Of a stretch of 36,896 bases of DNA, positions 20,561-29,043 are shown piece by piece; position 1 is the stretch's first letter, and each line of letters opens with the position of its first letter. The stretch lies in the IMG/VR virus record IMGVR_UViG_643348551_000010, one strand, 5' to 3'. A program made the position numbers and the translations under genes. The DNA is from a virus. Taxonomy: Duplodnaviria; Heunggongvirae; Uroviricota; Caudoviricetes. The notes below the pieces were generated by a model. It worked only from the letters and a program-made list of their open reading frames with translations. It ran no database searches and was not told the DNA's origin.

Positions 20561-22079
20561 CCAGACGCCCCCATATATCGGCAACAAAAATGGCACGGGT
20601 CAGCATGTCGATAAGTTCTGCATCATCCATCTGCGGATATAATGAAGCGGCTTTGTTCATGGCGGCTTCCGGGCCATCTTTCAGCACAGAAAGAATGACG
20701 GGTTTCAGCAGGGGATCAACCGAACGCTGCCAGTCTTCCGGTGAAACGCCCATCCGGTCGATATCATCCTTCTGCGGGATATCATCAGCGGATAATGCGG
20801 CCTCTTTCTGCGAACCGTTATCCGGGACAACCGGTTGTACAGTAAACACGGCTTCATCACCGACCGGCTGTGGAATATGAAGTTTTTCCTGTATCCAGGA
20901 GACCGGAATACGCATTCCTGCCGCCAGTTTCGGAATGGCGTCAGACAGTGCCGTAATATCACCCGCTTCACTGGTATCAAATACAATGCCCGGCAGGCGG
21001 TTAATATCAATGGTGCTGTTACTGTTCAGTGCCAGCAGGGGATAGATCAAGTCACGGTTAATACTGCGGGCAAGCTGGCCCACATCCGCGTTACGGATTT
21101 CCCGGCGAACCTCGTCATGCACTTCACCCAGCGACCGCGCACCTTTATCTCCGGCCTCTGTGGTCAGGGTGCCGCCCAGAATGGCTTTTGAAATCGCTTT
21201 TTCTGCCCAGCCAATCATCGCCATAAAGGGGTCTGACTGACCATCTGCGGCGCTCTGAAAATCCAGCGTCATCCCCATCGGAATAATGCCACCGGCACGT
21301 CGCCCGATATCCATCACGGCCTGCATCAGCGTGGCTTTCTCGCGGTTCGTGGAGCCGGTCGGATATTTACCGACGCGCATAGGGAGTCCGTAAATTTCCA
21401 GGAACTCCGCAAAATCACGCACGGAATAGTTTTTAAAAATAAAAGGCCAGATAAGCGTGCGCACAAGGCCATTGGTACCAACGTACCCGGTGCGGGATTT
21501 GGCCCGATGCATAAACCAGCCGAACGGTTGCAGCTCCAGCCCGTGATAAGACGTATCACGCAGACGTAATTCGTTCAGATTGTCGGGGTTCGCGCAGAAC
21601 AGCGCCGGATCGCGATGATGCAGCGCCACCGGCACGCGCATTTTCCCAAGCCACCCCCATTCAATCTCCTGCATGGAATAACCCTTGAGAATGGCATCAC
21701 CGGCATCAAACAGGGCATCTTCAAACCACGCCGCATCATGCAGATATTCATTCAGCATGTCGGCGTCTTTTTTCTCCTGTGCACTGGCATCACGTGCCGG
21801 AGCGATGCGCCATTCCAGCGCCTGAATGGCAAGGCGGCGTTTGCTCAGTTCGGAAAAAAGGTGGGTGTCCTTTTCTTCCATATCAAAGGCCAGGTCAGCC
21901 TGTGCTGTCAGATCACCGCGTTCGGCATCACGCAGCATCTGCGCGGCCCGGTTCGGCGTCACGCCACTGGAGGGATGCTCCTGTGTGCGCTTCATGACCA
22001 TTGCCAGCTCATCGCTGCGGGTCTGCATTTCATCGTCAAAATCAAACGGCTGCCCGGAAATATCCAGAATACGGCCCAT
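20541..22079 (-). CDS. H: Portal protein
   Basis: 512 aa, start ATG 22077-22079 overlapping the terminase stop (TAATG coupling). Confidence 0.85.
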   Translation of the reverse strand: MGRILDISGQPFDFDDEMQTRSDELAMVMKRTQEHPSSGVTPNRAAQMLRDAERGDLTAQADLAFDMEEKDTHLFSELSKRRLAIQALEWRIAPARDASAQEKKDADMLNEYLHDAAWFEDALFDAGDAILKGYSMQEIEWGWLGKMRVPVALHHRDPALFCANPDNLNELRLRDTSYHGLELQPFGWFMHRAKSRTGYVGTNGLVRTLIWPFIFKNYSVRDFAEFLEIYGLPMRVGKYPTGSTNREKATLMQAVMDIGRRAGGIIPMGMTLDFQSAADGQSDPFMAMIGWAEKAISKAILGGTLTTEAGDKGARSLGEVHDEVRREIRNADVGQLARSINRDLIYPLLALNSNSTIDINRLPGIVFDTSEAGDITALSDAIPKLAAGMRIPVSWIQEKLHIPQPVGDEAVFTVQPVVPDNGSQKEAALSADDIPQKDDIDRMGVSPEDWQRSVDPLLKPVILSVLKDGPEAAMNKAASLYPQMDDAELIDMLTRAIFVADIWGRLDAAADH

Positions 22080-23734
22080 TACCAGCCCCCTCGTTCAAAC
22101 TGGTGATAATCATCAAAATCATCGTTATCAACATCATCACCACGGTGGCGTGGTGGCAGCGCCTGTATGCTGTCCTCGTCGATAACAAAACCATTCATAT
22201 AAGACGCCCTGACAGCCATACAGAGCGCCACGGCAAAGTCGCCATGTCGTCGGCCTTTACCGCCTTCATCTTTTGTGCGCCCCTTATCAATCTGCGGAAT
22301 ACCTTTGTCCACCTTGATGTGGAGCAGGTCATCAAGTGTGGTCTGGTGCCGGGCAATCGTGATGTTCTGCGCTTCAAACTCGCCTTTCAGTTTTGGCATC
22401 CACTCCTGATACCAGGATGCGGTCAGATTCACACAGTCGATCATCTCCGGGCCATAAATCAGACGGGCGGCTTCTGCCAGATAACCGCCGTTACCGGTGG
22501 CATCAAATGCAGCGCCGGTAAAACGGGGCAAACGGGACAGAATGAATAAAAGGATTTGTCGCTGCTGGTCATAGGTCACATTACGCAGCTCCACGCGGAA
22601 ACATTCGCGTTTGCGTAAGTCTGGAGTGATGGCAAGCGGCACAAACACCGTCAGGTCGCCACGGCGTGCAAAGTCTTCGCCCAGTACGTGTTTATTGAGC
22701 GGTGACAGCGCATCGAGCAACGGGAGCAGCTCCTGTTCACACCAGTCCTGAACGATACCGTGGCGCATCTGCGGTGTCAGCGATTCAAAATCGTCCGGGG
22801 CTTCAAAACGCAGAACCGGGATATCCCGCGCGGGTGTCATGGCAGCTTCAATCAGGACACGGGACAGGTAAGCGCCACCGGATTTTTTGGGAATACAGCC
22901 GTATTCCTCGTCGGCGCTCTCTTTGTTCGGCGCGTTCCGGTACAGGCCATCACGCCAGGCTTTCTCCGCTTCCGGTGACCACGGCTGATTCGTAACATAA
23001 CAGATACGCCGGTACAGCCCGTCAGCGATGGCATCGTCCAGCGTGATACGGTGAACGCTGTAATCCTTGCGCCCCTCGCGTGCATCCTGAATGTACTGGT
23101 TAAACAGGTTATCGACGCCGTTATGTGTCGATATGATCCGCACGCGGGCACCCCACATGGTGAGCGCAAAGGCCGCTTTCAGGAGTTCGTCCAGGGCTTC
23201 ATGAAATGCCGCTTCATCAATCACCACATCCCCCTGTAAACCACGCAGGTTAGACGGGCGGCTTGAAAGCGCCTGCACCTTAAATCCACTATTCGGAAAG
23301 CGGATCATGTAGGTGAGGATTTCTTCTTTTTTGTCGCTGTCCCAGAAGGTCTGCTCCCAGACGTCAGCCTTTGCCAGCTGGTTAAAGGCGCGGGCAAACA
23401 GGGCACAGGCGGCGATGTATTCCAGCGCCATTTCCTGACGGGAACCCACATAAAAGACGTTGCGACCACCACGGCGACGCGGCTTTGCGGCCGTCATGAC
23501 ATTGCGGCCCGCTTCGGCCCATGTCAGACCGGTACGACGGGATTTTTCAGCAATGCAAATCTGGCTTTCATCCTCAAACCAGCGGCGCTGATAGCCCAGA
23601 AAAACCGGTTCATTGCGGGGCTGTGCTTCCCCGATATCGGTCACGATATTCACGCCAAGCAGTTCGGCTTCCTTACGCAGGTCGATTTTGCGGGGCGCAT
23701 GAAGGGCTTTAAGTTTGCTTTCTTTGGTGCTCAC
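22079..23734 (-). CDS. Terminase large subunit; annotated start is a GTG without obvious SD
   Basis: 551-aa ORF immediately upstream of portal; size and position typical. Confidence 0.85.
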   Translation of the reverse strand: MSTKESKLKALHAPRKIDLRKEAELLGVNIVTDIGEAQPRNEPVFLGYQRRWFEDESQICIAEKSRRTGLTWAEAGRNVMTAAKPRRRGGRNVFYVGSRQEMALEYIAACALFARAFNQLAKADVWEQTFWDSDKKEEILTYMIRFPNSGFKVQALSSRPSNLRGLQGDVVIDEAAFHEALDELLKAAFALTMWGARVRIISTHNGVDNLFNQYIQDAREGRKDYSVHRITLDDAIADGLYRRICYVTNQPWSPEAEKAWRDGLYRNAPNKESADEEYGCIPKKSGGAYLSRVLIEAAMTPARDIPVLRFEAPDDFESLTPQMRHGIVQDWCEQELLPLLDALSPLNKHVLGEDFARRGDLTVFVPLAITPDLRKRECFRVELRNVTYDQQRQILLFILSRLPRFTGAAFDATGNGGYLAEAARLIYGPEMIDCVNLTASWYQEWMPKLKGEFEAQNITIARHQTTLDDLLHIKVDKGIPQIDKGRTKDEGGKGRRHGDFAVALCMAVRASYMNGFVIDEDSIQALPPRHRGDDVDNDDFDDYHQFERGGW

Positions 23735-23788
23735 AGGTGAAAAATCCGGTATAAATTTTCAGGCTTTAATCAGTAAAAAGAGGTTGCT

Positions 23789-23974
23789 ATGAAAGAAAAG
23801 CTGACCATTGACCAAAAAATTGAGATTGCAAAAATAGCAAGTGACTTTGTTATCGCTGGCATGAATACGAATAAACAGCCAGCGTGTCTTGCCGGTTCTG
23901 ATCAAAATGTGAAGTCAGAACGGGAGTTGTTAAAACATATTTATCAGTTGCTGGAGGCAATGATTACTGATTAA
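23789..23974 (+). CDS. Hypothetical 61-aa protein encoded antisense to the late operon
   Basis: ATG at 23789 with SD aagagg 5 nt upstream; occupies a 229-nt gap lacking any minus-strand ORF; ends convergently, 11-nt overlap with the 64-aa gene. Confidence 0.4.
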   Translation: MKEKLTIDQKIEIAKIASDFVIAGMNTNKQPACLAGSDQNVKSERELLKHIYQLLEAMITD

Positions 23975-24158
23975 TTTGTGACTCTCTGATGATCTGGCCC
24001 GCGATACGCGGGCCAACCACAATCTGCATTAACAGATACAGTGATTCGGCTTTTGTGACGATATGAATATTGCCCTCCTCAGCCAGCGCCGCTTCGACGA
24101 TGGGTTTGAGTTTCAGGGCAATTTCCGCAGACGTTTTTTCTTTGGTTTCAACAGCCAT
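23964..24158 (-). CDS. Small protein with hydrophobic C-terminal segment (possible membrane tether)
   Basis: 64 aa from ATG 24156-24158 with strong SD (aaggaga), coupled to the upstream gene stop at 24172-24174. Confidence 0.6.
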   Translation of the reverse strand: MAVETKEKTSAEIALKLKPIVEAALAEEGNIHIVTKAESLYLLMQIVVGPRIAGQIIRESQINQ

Positions 24159-24171
24159 TACATTTTCTCCT

Positions 24172-24750
24172 TTACGCTTTCCCCAGCAGCACATCACGGA
24201 TACGCTGCTCCAGTTCTTCGCTGATGCCATCCTGCCCGCGCAGTTCTTCGCTGACAGCGTTTGCCGCTTCTTCTGCGAATGCCTGGCGGATCTCTTTCTC
24301 GCGCCGGTGGCTGGACATTGCTGTGGATTCCAGACGCTGTGCCGCCAGCATGGCGTTTTTCAGCAGTTCAATATCCACGTCATCTTCCGGTTTTTCGATT
24401 TGCCGCATCATGGCTTTAAAAAGCTGGCTGCGGGCCATTTCCAGAATCAGCTTTGTGGTTTCCCCCATTGGCTTGTCGCCAAGTTCTGCGGTCAGTGCTG
24501 ACGTCATTTCACGCATCTGTCGCAGGTTATGGCCTACCTGTTCGACGTTTGTCGCGTAACGGTTCAGGCCGGAACGGGAGAGTTTCATGTCATCAGGCAG
24601 TCCGGCATCTTCAATCAGGGCGTTAATTTCTTCCAGAATGCGGGCCTGTGGGATTGCCTTGTCACGCAGCATTTCATGCAGTGTTTTGCGCACGTTTTCC
24701 GGCAGCAAATCCACTTTTGAAGCCCGTCCCCGTGTTTTCCTGTCCATCAT
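24172..24750 (-). CDS. DNA-packaging protein, candidate terminase small subunit (tentative)
   Basis: 192 aa, charged helical protein positioned upstream of the terminase large subunit. Confidence 0.55.
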   Translation of the reverse strand: MMDRKTRGRASKVDLLPENVRKTLHEMLRDKAIPQARILEEINALIEDAGLPDDMKLSRSGLNRYATNVEQVGHNLRQMREMTSALTAELGDKPMGETTKLILEMARSQLFKAMMRQIEKPEDDVDIELLKNAMLAAQRLESTAMSSHRREKEIRQAFAEEAANAVSEELRGQDGISEELEQRIRDVLLGKA

Positions 24751-24758
24751 GCCTCCGT

Positions 24759-25049
24759 TCAGAAGCGGGGACGTGGACGTTTGACACCGGAAACACGAGC
24801 CCGGCCTTCAGCCACATCCTGACCACGGGAGGTCAGCGTCACGACATAAAAGCCGCGCAGGTTTTCCACGGTGACAAGCTGCTGTTCTGCCAGCCAGTCA
24901 ATCTGACCACGAACCACATCACGTGAAACGTTATGCCCGTAAGCATCCAGGCAATCCTGCAAAATGGATTCGTTAGCCTCGTTATTGCAGTCCATCAGTG
25001 AACGCAGGATGACCAGGCGGCGATCCTGCGTCAGAATGTCGTCAATCAT
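24759..25049 (-). CDS. Hypothetical late protein
   Basis: 96-aa ORF tightly packed between lysis and packaging genes. Confidence 0.55.
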   Translation of the reverse strand: MIDDILTQDRRLVILRSLMDCNNEANESILQDCLDAYGHNVSRDVVRGQIDWLAEQQLVTVENLRGFYVVTLTSRGQDVAEGRARVSGVKRPRPRF

Positions 25050-25345
25050 TTGTTGTTCTCTCCGAGCGCCTTTTCGAGCAAAAGCTCCAGTTGATGGGTC
25101 AGCACCTGTATGTGCCGGTTCATCGCTTTCACTTCACCATTGGTTTCTGCGGTTTGTAACCGGACAGCATGTAAATCCTGTGCACTGGGCATGTTTTCGC
25201 ACTTCGTTTCAAGCGCGGTTAAACGGCTTTCGATTTGCTCCACACGTTCCGTACTGGCAAATGTACGCCTCACCGCCCACCACAAAATGCCACCAATGGT
25301 GCTGCCACTGCCTATCGAGTAGGTCAGCACTGAATAAATATCCAC
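25046..25345 (-). CDS. Lysis accessory membrane protein (N-terminal TM helix plus coiled coil; spanin- or releasin-like)
   Basis: 99 aa, GTG start at 25343-25345 just after the lys stop; hydrophobic N-terminus followed by heptad-like region. Confidence 0.55.
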   Translation of the reverse strand: MDIYSVLTYSIGSGSTIGGILWWAVRRTFASTERVEQIESRLTALETKCENMPSAQDLHAVRLQTAETNGEVKAMNRHIQVLTHQLELLLEKALGENNK

Positions 25346-25357
25346 ACGCTCTCCTGT

Positions 25358-25786
25358 TTACAGCCCTGACGACATACCCGGCATTAATCCCGGCACCGGT
25401 AACACATCATCATTCAGCAGCTGATTATTACGGGGAGCGGGCACAGCACCAGAACCGGCGCTGAACATAAACACCGCCAGTGCATTTTTTTGCTCCTCTG
25501 TCAGTGGCCTGTTCAGATGGGTATTTAACGTGTCATAAACAGGCTTCAAATCTGCTTTCAACAGCATGATGCATTCACCATAGCTGTAAGGGCGTTGCTG
25601 AATATCAGGACCGTGATGGTTAAGGCAAACAGTCAGTTCGCCGTGCTGATCTGTGTATGGAAGGTACTGAACAGAAGCCAGCGATGAATCACCATCGCCG
25701 GACAACTGCCAGCCACCACATGCCGCCAGTACCACGATGGCAAGCGTTCTGATGATGCGGGGGAGACGTTTTTTAAAATCGTTCAT
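25358..25786 (-). CDS. lys: Endolysin with signal-anchor / lipobox-like N-terminus (lysozyme-like core)
   Basis: 142 aa, ATG 25784-25786 with AGGAGG SD; N-terminus MNDFKKRLPRIIRTLAIVVLAACGG; core motif LTVCLNHHGPDI resembles lysozyme-like endolysins; first gene after C, as in Mu. Confidence 0.65.
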   Translation of the reverse strand: MNDFKKRLPRIIRTLAIVVLAACGGWQLSGDGDSSLASVQYLPYTDQHGELTVCLNHHGPDIQQRPYSYGECIMLLKADLKPVYDTLNTHLNRPLTEEQKNALAVFMFSAGSGAVPAPRNNQLLNDDVLPVPGLMPGMSSGL

Positions 25787-25858
25787 GAAACCCTCCTTCG
25801 GTAATAAAAGGAGGGTAACTCAGGGGAATTTGCAGACGGGGTTATTATTAATTAACAC

Positions 25859-25876
25859 AACCGGCCTGCACCGGTT
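25859..25876 (-). terminator. Stem-loop just downstream of C (candidate end of middle transcript)
   Basis: aaccgg / cctgca / ccggtt hairpin 13-30 nt after the C stop, followed by AT-rich sequence. Confidence 0.35.
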
Positions 25877-25888
25877 GATTGCTGTTAC

Positions 25889-26299
25889 TCAGAATAAATC
25901 GGGCTGATGTCGCCGTGAATGAAGTTTTCTCTGCCGGGCAATAATCTTGTAAATCTGCGGTTGTGACAGACGATGTTCACGCCGCAGCTCCTCTATGTTC
26001 CGACCGTTAAACTGGCAGTAAATCAGATCATCCCGCAACGCTGCCAGAAGTGCATCACCCCGGGGGATGTAATACTGCCGCCCCCCCAGGAACCATGATA
26101 AGGACATCACCTGTTTACGGGCTATGCTCCGTGCATCATCCACGCCCTGACGTTTCAGTTCTGTTTCCAGAACGTCAACCAGCTCAACCAGCGCGCGGGG
26201 CCAGCGGGCCTCCTGCTCAGGAGCCGGTATATTGTCGATATGATCCATTAACTGGCTTACAGCCGGATCATGTTCAAATAAATCCTGCTGATTTGTCAT
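25889..26299 (-). CDS. C: Late transcription activator C (Mor/C family)
   Basis: 136 aa; shares the C-terminal motif FNGRN..EL with the mor product at 27659-28048; located immediately upstream of the lysis genes. Confidence 0.85.
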   Translation of the reverse strand: MTNQQDLFEHDPAVSQLMDHIDNIPAPEQEARWPRALVELVDVLETELKRQGVDDARSIARKQVMSLSWFLGGRQYYIPRGDALLAALRDDLIYCQFNGRNIEELRREHRLSQPQIYKIIARQRKLHSRRHQPDLF

Positions 26300-26309
26300 T
26301 TTGCCCCCA

Positions 26310-26435
26310 TCAGCGAAAAACTAACAGACAGATCCCCGTGACTACGGCAAGCAGTGCAATAACTGTGATACCCTTCATCACCATCAGCAACGTAGCCATG
26401 CCGGAACATTCATTACTGAATCTTCTGTACATCAT
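26310..26435 (-). CDS. Very small single-TM protein (41 aa)
   Basis: ATG 26433-26435 forms an ATGA overlap with the stop of the upstream membrane-protein gene; hydrophobic core ITVIALLAVVTGICLLVF. Confidence 0.5.
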   Translation of the reverse strand: MMYRRFSNECSGMATLLMVMKGITVIALLAVVTGICLLVFR

Positions 26436-26812
26436 GCCTCCGCGCCAGACGGTACTGAACGTCGCAGACAGATATGGAGGCGAAAGCAAAACCATATGCT
26501 ACAGAAGCCAGATAAAGCATAAATCGTGAACTGATGCGCTTCTTCTAAAAGCCCGGTTGCAATAGCCGAAAGACTTAACCCGACGAGGCCACCAAGAAAA
26601 TCAATGGCATTAATAGAAGCATAACGTCGGATTTTTCCTGTCCGGGACAGATCATCAAAAATAGTGCCGGTAAAGCACAGCGCCACACTGAAAACGGCAG
26701 CATTCCAGAACAGCAGCGCCCGCAAACCATAAAACAAGCTGATAATCAGAATCAGCGCCAGCAACATGACCGGCAGACAATTTGGTAACAAATAACAGAA
26801 ACGCTTAAACAT
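26432..26812 (-). CDS. Integral membrane protein (multiple predicted TM segments)
   Basis: 126 aa, ATG 26810-26812, several hydrophobic stretches; middle-operon position upstream of C. Confidence 0.6.
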   Translation of the reverse strand: MFKRFCYLLPNCLPVMLLALILIISLFYGLRALLFWNAAVFSVALCFTGTIFDDLSRTGKIRRYASINAIDFLGGLVGLSLSAIATGLLEEAHQFTIYALSGFCSIWFCFRLHICLRRSVPSGAEA

Positions 26813-27023
26813 GATGCTTTTCCCTGTAACGCTGGCAGTGGTGAATAATTTCTGGCATATCGACTGACTGCCAGCCTTTCATGTAATAGCTCCCGTGGGT
26901 GCCATCGTGCCCTGTGTAATCCATTGGCTTTGGTGGTGGACCTCCGGCCTCCCGATGCAACACCTCCTGTCGTAAACGTTCGCGTCTGCCAAACCGAAAG
27001 GACGCATCCCACCCTTTACCCAT
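26805..27023 (-). CDS. Hypothetical middle-operon protein
   Basis: 72 aa; ATG 27021-27023 overlaps the stop of the muramidase gene, SD gggagg 8 nt upstream. Confidence 0.6.
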   Translation of the reverse strand: MGKGWDASFRFGRRERLRQEVLHREAGGPPPKPMDYTGHDGTHGSYYMKGWQSVDMPEIIHHCQRYREKHHV

Positions 27024-27576
27024 GCAGAACCTCCCGGCAGGCGCTGGCGAGCAGATCCAGACGGTTAAACCAGCCGTTCAGATATTTCCCCTGCGAGGCA
27101 CTGGATTTGATAATCCCTGCGTAATAGCGGGAACGACGCAGGAAACACTGCAACAGCAGCCAGTCAGTATCGGCACGCAGTACGGCTGCGCGAGTGTTTT
27201 TGCCGACGATGCCATCATCATCAACACCTGCTGCCGCCTGGAGGATTTGAATTGCGCGTTTAACACCGTGCTGAACGGCAGCATCAAAGACGAATAAGGA
27301 AACACCATCAGGCCATTCGTTACACTTTGCCGCCAGCCAGTAATCACGCCAGTAGATTTGCGCCGCCTGCTCGTGGGTTAAATCTTTAATACGGGTATCA
27401 GGCTTCCCGTCACCGTTAACATCGGTTTTGCCATCAATAACGCCGTCGCGACGGTCAGAAATGCCGTATTTGGTTTCGCCGCCACGGTCAGTGGGATCAT
27501 TAACGTAACCACCTTCAACATCAGGCCGTATAACAAAATTCAGCGAATGAAGGAATGCAGGGGAAAACTCAGGCAT
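27016..27576 (-). CDS. GH108-family peptidoglycan hydrolase-like protein (predicted muramidase with C-terminal PG-binding-like region)
   Basis: Motif EGGYVNDPTDRGGETKYGI typical of the GH108 N-terminal domain; start set at ATG 27574-27576 with SD aggaggg (the track start at 27609 is a GTG). Confidence 0.7.
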   Translation of the reverse strand: MPEFSPAFLHSLNFVIRPDVEGGYVNDPTDRGGETKYGISDRRDGVIDGKTDVNGDGKPDTRIKDLTHEQAAQIYWRDYWLAAKCNEWPDGVSLFVFDAAVQHGVKRAIQILQAAAGVDDDGIVGKNTRAAVLRADTDWLLLQCFLRRSRYYAGIIKSSASQGKYLNGWFNRLDLLASACREVLHG

Positions 27577-27632
27577 GTTGCCCTCCTGTAATGAACGTTT
27601 TATCGTCACAACAGAATATTGAGGGCGTAAAA

Positions 27633-27653
27633 AAAGCCGGATTAACCGGCTTT
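27633..27653 (-). terminator. Rho-independent terminator immediately downstream of mor (early-transcript terminator)
   Basis: aaagccgg / attaa / ccggcttt: 8-bp stem followed by a T5 run on the sense (minus) strand, 6 nt after the mor stop. Confidence 0.7.
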
Positions 27654-27658
27654 ACTGT

Positions 27659-28048
27659 TTAAAACAGAGGGGGTTGATACTGACGATACTTTATACGCCG
27701 CATTCGTCGGATGGCTTTATAGACAGTGTTAAACGTCACACCATAACGAATTGCCAGTTCGTGAACATTGCGCCCGTTAAAATCATTCCAGATTCGTAAA
27801 TCCCGAACCAGTGAATCCAGCACCTGCCCACGAGGAATATAGACCTGACCACCGCCAAGATGTTTACAGATAGCCACAACAATCTCCAGAGAGTGCGCAG
27901 GTTCAACGCCCAGCCGGGACAGTTCCTGACGCAGCACATCGTTCAGTTCCGCCAGCAGTGCCGGAAATCGTGACGTATCCCCGGATTCATTGTCAAGATG
28001 AGCCAGGATACTGTCATCCTGAAAGTCGCCAAACAAATCCTGCGTCAT
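27659..28048 (-). CDS. mor: Middle operon regulator Mor
   Basis: 129 aa; ATG overlaps the gemA stop (ATGA); paralog of C. Confidence 0.9.
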   Translation of the reverse strand: MTQDLFGDFQDDSILAHLDNESGDTSRFPALLAELNDVLRQELSRLGVEPAHSLEIVVAICKHLGGGQVYIPRGQVLDSLVRDLRIWNDFNGRNVHELAIRYGVTFNTVYKAIRRMRRIKYRQYQPPLF

Positions 28049-28611
28049 TGTGCCAGTCTCCGTGTTTTTCTTGCACGGGCATAAGCTGCTGTCATGGCAT
28101 CATAGCCACGCAGTTCACGCCCGGACGGGCTGACCGGCAACGGGAGCCCATAATGGGAAAAGGCTTCACGGATACAGCGGATGTGCCACTGTTTCAGGGT
28201 TTCAAGCACAATTTGTAACGATTCTCCGTGACACCACGCCAGCGTGGAAACACCCTGTCCGCCATTACGTCTGGCTGTCAGTCGTTCGACGTATTTATCC
28301 AGTGCTGTATCACTGCCATCGGCAATAAAACCGTCTTCTGCCATTTGCTGCCAGATTTTTAATACCTTTTCGTGGGGCGTTACATGCCCATTAAAGCGAC
28401 GGCGTGGGTGTTTATTCTGCTTCTTAAAACCGCGTTCTTTCATGGCATCGAGCACCAGCTCCAGTTGCGCGACGGTCAGCTCACGGCAACTGATTTTGCC
28501 CGTGTTCTGCATCAGAAAGGCACGGTAGGTGTCGTCGTCGAGTTGTAGCTCCCGACGGGCGACATGGATTAATTTAATAAGCGATGTGCGATTCACTTGC
28601 TCACCTCTCAT
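28045..28611 (-). CDS. gemA: GemA (host gene expression modulation protein)
   Basis: 188 aa from ATG 28609-28611 (MRGEQVNRTS...); immediately upstream of mor, as in Mu. Confidence 0.8.
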   Translation of the reverse strand: MRGEQVNRTSLIKLIHVARRELQLDDDTYRAFLMQNTGKISCRELTVAQLELVLDAMKERGFKKQNKHPRRRFNGHVTPHEKVLKIWQQMAEDGFIADGSDTALDKYVERLTARRNGGQGVSTLAWCHGESLQIVLETLKQWHIRCIREAFSHYGLPLPVSPSGRELRGYDAMTAAYARARKTRRLAQ

Positions 28612-28626
28612 ATTAAGGAATGAGAT

Positions 28627-29043
28627 ATGAAAATTGATTATGACGAGATAGCCAGAATATTTGATGTATTCCTGGAGGCCGACACTGCATTCATTCGACT
28701 GGAAGATGTCGGCTGGGATCGTTCTCAGCGGCACAGCGACAGCCATCAGAAGCTGGTTTTCCATCTTCTGTTGCTGGTTGAAAATGGTTTTATCAGCAAC
28801 AGATATCTGGAAACAGGCACCGCAAAAAGCATTGGTCTCACCCCGACAAGCCTCGGATATTCATATTCAGGCACCAGTGTCAGACTCACACAAGATGGTC
28901 ATGATTTTGCGAAAGCACTACATCAAAAACCCATTCTTGAGCGTATAAAACAGGAGCTTGCCGACGCCCCGATGACGCTCGTAACAGACGTCGGCAAACA
29001 GTGGTTAACCTCGTTTCTTAAAAAGAAACTCGGGATTGAATAG
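28627..29043 (+). CDS. Hypothetical 138-aa protein encoded opposite to the early operon (candidate prophage-expressed accessory gene)
   Basis: ATG 28627 with SD aagga 7 nt upstream; fills a 393-nt interval with no minus-strand ORF; start codon only 15 nt from the divergent gemA start; 3' end converges on the next early gene. Confidence 0.6.
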   Translation: MKIDYDEIARIFDVFLEADTAFIRLEDVGWDRSQRHSDSHQKLVFHLLLLVENGFISNRYLETGTAKSIGLTPTSLGYSYSGTSVRLTQDGHDFAKALHQKPILERIKQELADAPMTLVTDVGKQWLTSFLKKKLGIE

